Below, in pieces: positions 38,101-48,847 of a stretch of DNA of 63,001 nt. How positions within the stretch are numbered: the stretch's first letter is position 1; each line of letters opens with the position of its first letter. The stretch covers positions 723,374 to 786,374 of the forward strand of contig NW_008246082.1 of the NCBI RefSeq assembly GCF_000281045.1, given 5' to 3'. This stretch comes from Saprolegnia diclina VS20. Its lineage: Eukaryota. The translations under genes were made by a program, and so were the position numbers. Below the pieces are notes generated by a model. It was not told where the DNA came from. It ran no database searches and was given only the letters and a program-made list of their open reading frames with translations.

Positions 38101-39957
38101 TGGCATTTTGTGCGCGAGGACGCCAAGCGGGCGCGCGAGCGACAGGACATCGTCGCCGAGATCGTTGCCAAGCTCGACATGACGCCAGACGAGCGCGAGC
38201 GCGCGGCCTCGGAGCGTCGGCAGGTAGCGTTTCCGTCCGAGAAGGTCAACCCACTGCTCCAGACGATGCTCTTTTCACCGCAGCAGAAAATGAAGAAGAA
38301 AAAAGATGATTCGAGTCGGCAAGGCACCTTGCACCGCCAAAAGTCCCAGCGCAAGCGGCTGCAGACGCCGGACCAAGTCAAGGCCATTGCTCGGTCTCCC
38401 GATCATTTTGCATTTTAGACTCAAAGGACTTGTCTAGGCACTCGAGCTTGTTGCAGGTGGGTCCGCTGATCCACCACGCGCGACCAGTGGCACCGACAGC
38501 CGCGGAGGAAGAAGAGAACGAGCACGACGACTCGCCCCATCGATGGAGCCTCGCGGCGCCCGTGCCAGAGACGCCAGTGCCTACGGCACCCACGCTAACG
38601 GAGCGACTCCTGCGCCTCGAGCAGCAAGAGCGACTCGTCTCCAAGACCGACGCGGTGTACGTTAACTTGGTGCAAATGCAGCACGACAAGCAGCGTAAAA
38701 TGTCGGCGGTCAAGCGCAACCTCATGCGCAATGTCGACATCGAGCTCTCTCCGTTCGTGGCGGCAAATCTTGGCCCTGACAAGCCGGCGCCGCAGCGACG
38801 ACCCAACACTGCGCCGCTGCCCCGCGTGGTGACGCCGCTCAAGCGCACGCCGGCCTCGCTTACAGTGCTACCAGCGTCACACAATGACCGGCTTCGGCGG
38901 CTCACGACAATGCGCACGTCGTCGTCGGCCGCTGTCCTAGCCCTGCTCGCCCAAGAAGAGGCCAAGGACGCGACCGCCACGCTCGGGAAGCTCACGCGCA
39001 TCAACGACATCATTTCAACAGCGTCGTCGTACATAGCCCCCGATGCAAAAGCACCGTCGTCGCATTCACCGATGGCGTTCTCAACCGACGAGCAAGCCGT
39101 GTTGCGATCGCACGCGGTGGCCACCCAGGAGCGGTATATATATTTCAGAGAGGCATAACGTTGACTTGCGTTGCTCTAGATACGAGGCAACGATGCGCGT
39201 CGACGGCAAAGATCTAGCGACGCAGCTCAAGCAGGCGCGCTTGCAGCAGACAAAGCTCGAGAAGGAAAAGCGCATGCAGCGCTACATGGCGCAAAAGCAG
39301 CGCGACGCGCACGCCAAGATCGGCGAGGCGCTGCGGCACACGTCGGTGCTTTTTGCGAGCGCGCCGACGACCGACGTTCTCGCCGAAGCCGCCAAGCAGC
39401 GCCGCTTTGGCATCTACTCGACGAAAGAGGTCATGGTCATCATCCGCCTTTTCTGGGCACTCGACTCGGACAACTCGGGCAATGTCACCGAGATGGAGCT
39501 CAATGGCTGTCGCGGCTTCTTCGAAAGCATGGGCTACACGGACATGGCGACGATCTTCCAAACCATTGACGCCGACGCGTCCGGACACGTGACGCTCGCC
39601 GAGCTCTTCAAGATCTGCTTTGCGTATGCTACGTCGGCCGAGATCCACGAGATGGTCATGCTCGAGCGCCTCGGTCGCGCGCCGACCATCTTCACCGAGG
39701 ACAAGTCGCTCACGCACGAGCAGATCGCCGAGCTGCGCGAGATTTTTACTGTCTTTGACCGCGATCGCAGTGGCACCGTGTCGTTCGCCGAGGTTCTCGA
39801 CGCTCTTCAGTACCGGCACGACGACGACGACACGGGCAGCACGCTCGCCGACCTCGCCAAGCTCTACGAGGCTGCTGACAACGACGGCAATAAGGAGCTG
39901 AGCTTCGACGAGTTTGTGCAGCTGCTGCAAGAGCTCTATCGCGACAAGCCAAAATAG
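35166..39957 (+). CDS. Large EF-hand + WD40 + EF-hand protein (WDR49/EFCAB8-like), multi-exon
   Basis: DIDVNGDGTLEFNEF; WD repeats such as GHTHGV...WD and GHRASL...WN; C-terminal EF loops DSDNSGNVTEME, DADASGHVTLAE, DRDRSGTVSFAE, DNDGNKELSFDE. Confidence 0.8.
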
Positions 39958-39992
39958 CGTAGAGTATTGCCATATTAGTGTCGTCAAGGAGC

Positions 39993-41114
39993 CTACGAAA
40001 GGGGCACGACGTCGATCGGGTGCACCATGAGGCCGTGCGACGGCGCGCATGTAAAGTACGTGTGGCCTTTCAGCGTTCCGTCGTTCTTGCCAAGCGGCTC
40101 GTCGAGGACGACGCCGACGAGGTCGCCCTTGGCGTAGTGCACCGGTCCCACGTACGCGACACGGCCTTGGAGCTTGCCGAACACAAGGACGCGCTCGTCT
40201 AACGTCAGGGTCGGGTACGATGACGGCTTGCATGGCGCGGGCGCCGGAGGTGGCATGGTGGGAGCTGCCGCCGGGGCGCTGGGCACTTTGGAGGTGGCCC
40301 GTGCAACGCGCACGGCTCCCTTCCGTCGCGCTGAGTCATATACGGCATGAGGAATCACAGCCAACAGCAAATTGTTTGTACGTGGCATGCCGACACGTAG
40401 CCCGCGCTTCTTGCTGCCCCGTGCGCTACAATGCCCATAAGATCGGAGTCTGGCAGCGGCGAGGAGGAGACGCACTGTGGCATCTTCATGTCCATAAAAG
40501 CCATCGACTGCATGAAGCTTGCAAGGTCGCCGACTAGCCAAGGGTTGATGAGAACATTTGGTATCTCGTTGCTCCGCTACGATCGTCAAAGTCGTCCCCC
40601 ATGCCGTCAAACATGGACCCGTCCATGCCCATGGAAGCCATGAATTCGAGCTCTTCGTCGTCCCTAGCAGCAATCATCGTCAATGCCAGTGCAAGAGCGA
40701 TGAACGCACAGCTCGCTAGGGTCAATGCCGCCGAAGAACATGTCTTCAAAGTTGAATTCAGGCTGGCGTCGCCGGCGTCCGCCCTTCTTTCCCCGGCCCA
40801 TGCTGCCAAACATCATGTCGAACATGTGGAACATCTCCTCGACGTTGATGTCCATGCCAAAGCCACCATCACCATGAAGCTCGTCTTGGTTGGACTTGGG
40901 GTCCGAGATGCGCTTGTACGCCGCGCTAATGGCCTGGAACTTGGCCGTCGTGTCTTCGCCCTGGTTCTTGTCCGGGTGGAACTTGAGCGCCAGCTTCTTG
41001 TAGGCTTGGCGCACGTCGTCCGGCGAGGCAGACGTCTCGAGGCCGAGCGTCCTACGCAGCGTGAGTGGCGCCGGCGCAGGCGCGGCTGTACCGGTACGCA
41101 TCAGCGAGCTTCAT
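39993..41114 (-). CDS. J-domain (DnaJ) protein with a C-terminal CAP-Gly domain, multi-exon
   Basis: MKLADAYR|TLGL...VRQAYKKLALKFHPDKN...FQAISAAYKRISD, a G/F/M-rich linker, and GRVAYVG...VGVVLDEPLGKNDGTLKGHTYFTC. Confidence 0.75.
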
Positions 41115-41574
41115 GGCGGAAATCTGGAAATGGAACCTTGGAATCTTCCATGCCGCGTTGCGATTGGTCAAAAGATTTCGACGTTCTTGTTCCATTGATT
41201 GGGTAGAATAATGCCAATCAAGGCCCTGGATTGGCTAAAATGCTTTTACTTTCCTCGAAAGGCGGATACCATTCGCCGCTTCAGTGTTATTTTGACCAAT
41301 AATTAGCGAGAACAATGCCAGCAGCCCGATTCCAGGGCGGTCGCAGCGCCAAAATTGCGTTGGGAAATGAAATCGCCCTATCGGGGCACAGGGGTAGCTG
41401 GCACTTTCGAGAGCATAATTCACCAAACCGCGTTGCCGTGTGAACAGTACTGCACGACTACTAGCATGTCAAATTATTAAATGTGGTATATGCCATATGT
41501 AGCCACAGTTTGCCACATATAATCACACTCGACCAGTTCCAGATCGATCGGATCGCCAAACATCGCCGAAAAAA

Positions 41575-43385
41575 TTAGGGTCCGGGGGAGTGGGCTGGTA
41601 GGAACGATGAAATCATATGGATTATGCCATGTTGTCGGCGACTTTGGCCTTCACGTCGTCGACGGTCACGTCCATCGTCGTACGGGGTGCTCGGAACCGC
41701 TCGAAGCCAGATGATGACAATGGGCATGCAGCAGCGTTCCAATTCTGGATGAGCGCGTGGCGAATCACATCCAAAGCCTCGAACTCGGGCGGTGCCCCCG
41801 TGAGAAAGTAGCTCGCAAGGCCGAATCGCAGCCGTAGAGCCGCAATCTTTGACCGAGTTGCGGACCGCTCGAAGAGACTGAAAGGCACAGCGGAGCCCAC
41901 CATGCTCAAAATGCGCGACACCCGTGCGTTGATCTTCTTTGCCTGTGAGCTGTGCGGATTGTCCCAAATGAGTTGTTGTCGAAATTTGGGCGAGTTCGCA
42001 AGCTTGCCGAGTTCCTCCAGCTGCTTCATGGAAGTTGCACCAATGCGCGCCGTCTGGCGCACGCAGGCGTGTCGTTCAAGCTGGTTGAACGCCGTGGCAA
42101 TGAAGAGAGGATCGTCGAAGCGGCCGTCGTAAAAGCGGAAGAAGTGACGCAGTAGCGCTGGATTCATGCTTCCTTTTGGAGCTCCTATAGTATAGAGCAG
42201 CATGAACGCATTGTTGTTGGATGCATTGTGCCATACCTTTGCCGAGCATAAACAAATGGGGGAAAACACATGCCACAAGCGCGTCGTTTAAGCATCACTC
42301 GCAAATCGGATCGTCGCCGCTCGTGACGACAGCCACCAACGGGTCGCTAGTGCTGCCTGGAGCTTGGTTATCAACGTCCGTGCTACCAATGTGCGGCGAC
42401 CGGAGGACATCGACTTGATCGTCGCTTGTATTGACGTGCCCGTATTGGTCGTCATCAGACGCGCGCTCGGTCACTAGCCCAGCGACAGCCTCAAGCGCGT
42501 TGATGATTTCGTCGTCGTCGTCGGCGACATCCGGCCCATCGCAAACCTCGTCGTTGTCGATGGTGTCGTCTGGGCACACAATGTCGCAGAATGCATCAAG
42601 GTACGCATAGACTGTCTTGTTGACGGCAGACACTTGGGCGAGGACAGCCGAGTATTCGAGACTTGGAACCGATGCGATCCGGTCATATGCAGTGGCCGGT
42701 TGCGTGGTGCGTGCAACGAGAGTGCCTCGTTGCACGAGGCACATGCAGCGATGCGCCCGGATCCGGCATCTCGCTGGCGTCTCCTGACAGCGTGCAGCGT
42801 CTGCCTAACCAACTGCATCCCCAACAGCTCGCAAGATGCGTTCGCAAACTGCGTGACCACCGGGGCCGTTAAGTGACTCGTCGTGGCACACATGAGCGTC
42901 GGGTTGCCCGAGCAGAAGTGAAAGGCTGCGATCGCTAGTTTTTGGGTACTTGGTTAAGTTTTGCGACGCTGCGATCTTCTAGCCGCACGACCTTTTCTCC
43001 GTGCGTCTCGGTGGCCTTCTCGACGGCGCGCGCAGTGGTTTTGCTAAGGCGCTGCTTTTCCAGCCGAGCTGCTTTCTCTTCGTGCGTCTCGGTGGCCTTC
43101 TCGTCGGCGCGCGCCTTGCGCTTGCGCTCATTCGATTCTCGCATGTTGCTTAAATGTCTAGCTACGGCTGCACGGTCGGTCAATGCACACATCATGGCGC
43201 CGGCCCACCGGCCCCCAGCCTGGCGCCGGCCTGTCAAAACGCATCAATGAATTGTTGCGAGCTGTCCAATCATTTTACGCAAGCAACAACATTTTAACCA
43301 ATCCAAATTGGGACAAACAAACAAACAAACAAACAGGCAAATAATCCCTGGTGGGCTGGGTAACCAGGAGGTTCCTACCAGTATA
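41575..43385 (-). mobile_element. Internally deleted Helitron2/Helentron-type rolling-circle element
   Basis: Rep N-terminal relic (VFPHLFMLGKG, FYDGRFDDPLFIATAFNQLERH, RFGLASYFLT). 11-bp inverted repeats at 41595-41605 and 43371-43381, a (CAAA)n tract near 43313-43335, and A/T-run flanks. Confidence 0.65.
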
Positions 43386-44499
43386 AAATCGCCCTACTTT
43401 GACACAGCGGTAGCCAACACTTTCGAGGACATAATGCACCATGTCGCGTTCCCATGTGAGCCGTATTACTAGTTTCGCAACAGACTAAATTCACCTCACT
43501 TTAATATCCCGTGCCGAAAAGCACTGCTTGTACCCTGAATACGAAGAGAGGTGGCTGGTGGCTCTAAGCACATGCAATACGCCTTATAGAGTCATAGTTG
43601 CGGTCCAAGCACTGCCGCGCGCACTGGGCCGATTGTGCTTCTGACATTGGCAGGAGTAAAGTTGCGTGTTTGCATCCCACGCCGCCGCTCGTACACACAT
43701 TCTGGCTCCCTCGCATGACGTTCCGCTGCCGGTGAGGTCAATGGGCTGCAAGACAAGCCCGACGAGCACGCGTGGCAGTAGCCAAGATAGTCTTCCGGGT
43801 ATCATCCGGATGTCTAAACTTGCGGCGATCGGCTCTTCCTGCTTCAGCAGGTTCTATGCTTTTCTCTTCTCGATACATCGGCATCTTCCTGTCATTTTGC
43901 TCCATCCAACCCCAAGAGGCGCGGTGGACGCACCAAGCGCACCTCTCCACGGCTGCTTGCCGCGACTTGACCGTCGACGAGCAGCCAAAAGCAATGTGTG
44001 CTTCGCCTACCCGAACGTCTTTCTTCCCGACACATGCCCCAGAGCGACCCATGTATATGGTAGTATGGAGCGTTGCGATATCTTTGCCGACCGCCAAAGT
44101 ACCAGGAGCAAACGGTCGACGGTCAATATGGATCGAACCTATCTGTGGCTCGTTGGTTTGGTTTGAAAACACAATAGAAACGGTTTTGCGACGGGTCAAA
44201 AATGACGGCGGCCAAGACGCACATGCTCCGAACGCGTTATCCGGCACCCACTCTCTTCCATTCGGCCTTTGCGCCAACAACTTGTGTCAGCAGAGGTCGC
44301 TTCGCGACTTCGCGCTCGGAGGCATCAGAAACACAAAGCAGAGGCTTGCAACAAGGCAATTACAGAGTATTAAAAAGGTGGCGCCCAATCCAGTGGCTTA
44401 GCAGAAATGAACGTGGCGCGAGTTGAAGGCGTTGAGCAAGCTACAAAGTCAGCATGAGCTTTGAGCAGACATAGGCGTAGCAGTGGTACATGAGGAAGT

Positions 44500-45436
<937 letters not shown>

Positions 45437-45606
45437 CTAGAGAGCACGACCGATCGAGTGATCACCCAAAGACCGCCACGTTGAGCCAGTCGAGACCCTC
45501 ACCAACNNNNNNNNNNNNNNNNNNNNNNNNNNNNNNNNNNNNNNNNNNNNNNNNNNNNNNNNNNNNNNNNNNNNNNNNNNNNNNNNNNNNNNNNNNNNNN
45601 NNNNNN

Positions 45607-46625
45607 CTTACCGTGCTTGTAGATGCGCCATCAAGATCATCCAGCCCATCGGACGCTCGACGGCGACCTCGACCACGGTTTGCAGGGACTCATGCGGCGA
45701 GCGTAGGCACAAGTCTTGGGCAGTGTTGTTTGTTGCAAAGCGATCAACACGGGCGCGCAAAGGAGATCTCGAAGGACTCGTATTCGTCCCGCCAAACCGA
45801 CGCTAACCTCTGCCTCGCGTGCGTGTTTCCTCCTCCTCACAGTAATGAGATTCTCATGTCTTTCTATAGACAGAAAATATGGACACGAGCTCGTCGTCAT
45901 CATGGACCTGCTCTTCGATCGTTCTAGGGTGTTCTCTGTCCTCGGCTAAAACTCCGCGGCGCAACGCAGCGAGCCGATCCAGGTGCGTCCATGCTGCCAT
46001 CAACGTGATGGAGCTAACATCGCGTGCAGATGCGGTGCTCGGTTCTCAAAGACGACGGGTGAAAGTACCCGCTTGTCTCGAGCAAAGGCACCTTGCAGCA
46101 CGACGAGATCGTTTGCTTGTTGCCGCGACCGTCGACGCCGGCAAAACGCGTGGCCGCTCATCGTCCTACTACCGAACTAGCGGCTCTTCCTCCCACCACA
46201 CTACTTGATTATCTCCTGGATTAGGCGATCGCCGTCAAGCTGCTGGCCAAGCCCATCATGTTTGATCGCGTCAAGGCCGAGGACAAGTGCCAGACGACCA
46301 CATTTCTCCAGGGCGGTGTGTCCCGCCTTGTGCGCAACTGGCTTGGGCCTCGTCCATCCAACGCATGCGTCTTCGACATGGGCTTGGACGCTTGCACACG
46401 ATGGGCTGGATGTTGGAGCTATTCGCGTCCGACACCGAGCGCAAATACGAGCGATATTCCGTGGCGTGAAGTTGTGACAAGGGGCAGAGCGCATGCACGC
46501 AAAAGTGGATTCATGCTATCCTGTTTTGGTGCATGCTTCCAGTTTATTATACGCTTCTGATGTGTGTTATTTTGCATATTGGTCGGTTGCCAAGCAGTAC
46601 GATGGGGGACTTACATGAGCAACGG
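45607..46625 (+). repeat. About 1 kb near-identical direct duplication, copy 2
   Basis: Matches 31353-32371. Begins at a gap. Confidence 0.95.
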
Positions 46626-47982
46626 TGAAGGAGTTCGTGCAGCCGGAGACGGCGCTCTGGATGCTTCGCGACTCATGGCGCTCGTCCATTCGGTTTGCCA
46701 CTTGCTGCTGCCGATAAGGTTGCCGACGCGCTCGCGGCACAAGTCGATCCGATGCATGGCTCAACAGTCGAGGTCCATGGTACGCTTGTCTCGACAAATC
46801 TCGTCCAGGTATTGTCGTGGGCTCACGGTTGCCGCAAAAAAGTACGTCGGCCGCACGTCACTCACCAATCAAGCACGTATGTGGCAAGCCGTGCGCAAGC
46901 CGCGGGTGTTGTGCCGTCGGGGTTGGAAGACCACCGACACGAGCTTCTGCGCTTGAGGAGGATGCACCACTCTTCAAAGGCAAAACAAAGTCTGAATTCG
47001 ATGAGCTTTTACAAGCTACTGCTGGGCCAATACATTGGAGCAGCGCCCATTGGCCAGTCTGGCGTCCAATCAGCGGACGGCCAGAGCTTGGCCCAATGGT
47101 AGACTGCCACGAGGTCCCAACAGCGGGCTCATGCAACGTTGATGTAGGCGTGGCGCAGCTTTAGAATCCGTGACGAGCCACCGATGCGGCCATAGGGCGG
47201 AGCCCTGGCCAAATTTTTCGACGGCCTCTCGCGCGTCGGCCACGCGACGGGCTCCGAGATGCGCTTGCACAAGTTCCCAAGACCTGCGACGACGTTGGGA
47301 GCGACGCCACTATATCTATAATCCTTCAGCTTACAATCGTAGACCATCGTGTTAAATTACTAGGGGTATGAATGCTTTCGGCAGCGGGGTTCGGCAATCA
47401 CGGTGCTGACGGGCAATGCGTCTATCCAAGCCTCGCTCGTGTCGCTCTTTGGGGCGGTCGTCGGCCGGCAAACAGCGTACGCCGACGCAGGCAAGTAGGC
47501 CAATGCCGCCTATTACAACGGCGTGCCCAAGCCCGAGCGCGCGCGGACCCTCGCCCGCGCCAACGTCGTGCACGAGGCGATCGACGCCGACGTGCGCGAA
47601 TATGTTTTGTATGCGACCGAGACGCGCCTCGGCTCCAGCCGCTGGCACATCGTCGCCGACGCTTTTGTGAGCACGTACAGTGCGGCCACGCGCCTCTGCG
47701 TCGAGCGCAACGTCGGGCGCAAGCGAGGCGACCGGATCAGTGTGCGCCGTTGGTGCAGCCCCCGGTGTCGATAGAGCTGTCGAAAGTGGTGGTGTCGATA
47801 GGAGTCCGTGTCGATGGTTGTGGGCCACTGATTGGAATCTTGAACATGACCCATCGTGCAATCCGTCGTAGCGCGTCGACGCTGCCTCGTCAGTCGTCAT
47901 CATCCAATGAGGGCGGTTTATTTTTCCGGACACTCTGGCTATCTTTTTAAAATTCGAGCGCCGTGGAGCCAACATACGGAAA

Positions 47983-48154
47983 CGGTGGCAGTAGATTCTA
48001 CTGCCACCGAATTTGGCGTGTCGCAAAATCAATGACAAAGGAGCCTGAAGGCAAAAACGGTGGCAGTAGATTCTACTGTCACCGTCGGTTTATACTTGAA
48101 AATTGTATAAATTTCCTTAATATAGGGGATGTATGGAACCTCCAATAGGGTTAA
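47983..48154. repeat. Two 27-bp palindromes followed by AGGG|TTAA; possible piggyBac-like terminus
   Basis: cggtggcagtagattctactgccaccg at 47983-48009, a one-mismatch copy at 48058-48084, and atagggttaa at 48145-48154. Confidence 0.5.
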
Positions 48155-48341
48155 GAACTGCACTACGGTATCTCAGACCATTTGCAGAGTGCGTTCAAGC
48201 CCTACTGATGTCTGCTTGATGCTCACTTCGTGGCATGTCGATGCATTGTGTCATAACTCGCTGGTCAACGAGACGAGCAGACTCTACCATCGCGGCCACA
48301 CCGCCCTCGTCGACGAGGCAAGCATTCGAGAAATCAGAAAG

Positions 48342-48416
48342 TGGTGCTCTCTCCGGGACTTGAACCCGGATCTACCTGGTGGTAAACCAGTGTCTAAACC
48401 GCTAGACTAAAAGAAG
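48342..48416 (-). ncRNA. tRNA-like module in the 3' LTR (non-canonical anticodon arm, encoded CCA)
   Basis: CTTCTTT TA GTCT AGCGGTTT AGAC A CTGGT TTACC ACCAG GTAGAT CCGGG TTCAAGT CCCGG AGAGAGC A CCA. Confidence 0.8.
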
Positions 48417-48659
48417 TCGACAAGAACACCCCTTCTTGACTGCCTCCCCAATCTCGACGCTCCAGACGCGCACTCCTGGCTCAGAGAGTGGGTGGGAGTA
48501 GTGAGTGAGGAGAAGAGAGAGTGTCATCTCAAGAAGCCATCTGCCGTCTGACCGCGCCCGTGTAACAGAGGAGAGTGTACTACTGAGTATGAGAGTGAGG
48601 AAGAATATGGGATACGCGCATGAGAAATGCGTATATTGGGCTCATAACCAATCAGAAAG

Positions 48660-48734
48660 TGGTGCTCTCTCCGGGACTTGAACCCGGATCTACCTGGTGG
48701 TAAACCAGTGTCTAAACCGCTAGACTAAAAGAAG
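48660..48734 (-). ncRNA. tRNA-like module in the 5' LTR (identical copy)
   Basis: Same 75-nt cloverleaf, with A box TAGTCTAGCGG and B box GGTTCAAGTCC. Confidence 0.8.
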
Positions 48735-48847
48735 TCGACAAGAACACCCCTTCTTGACTCGAGATAGCATACACTTGATATATTGATTCCAACTTGATTT
48801 TGCTGGATGCTCGCGTATTTCGACTGTCTGCTTGTGTTGCGTGTTGC

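Larger units (their letters stand above)
48332..48759 (-). mobile_element. Complete TRIM (mini non-autonomous LTR retrotransposon) with tRNA-derived LTRs
   Basis: Identical 110-bp repeats at 48332-48441 and 48650-48759. TSD cgaga at 48327-48331 and 48760-48764. PBS GGTTATGAGCCC (minus, 48638-48649). PPT TTGGGGAGGC (minus, 48442-48451). Confidence 0.9.

Noticed and set aside
3381..41114. Functional chaperone cluster (TPR-Hsp70 plus J-CAP-Gly)
   Set aside because: The genes are 24-35 kb apart across gaps with doubtful contig order, so co-location is not evidence.
47983..48084. CRISPR-like repeat-spacer-repeat
   Set aside because: Only two units, eukaryotic context and no cas genes.
48342..48734. 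Two ordinary tandem tRNA genes (Val/Gly/Glu)
   Set aside because: The anticodon loop is non-canonical, CCA is encoded, and both copies sit in identical repeats with TSD, PBS and PPT. They are better explained as LTRs.
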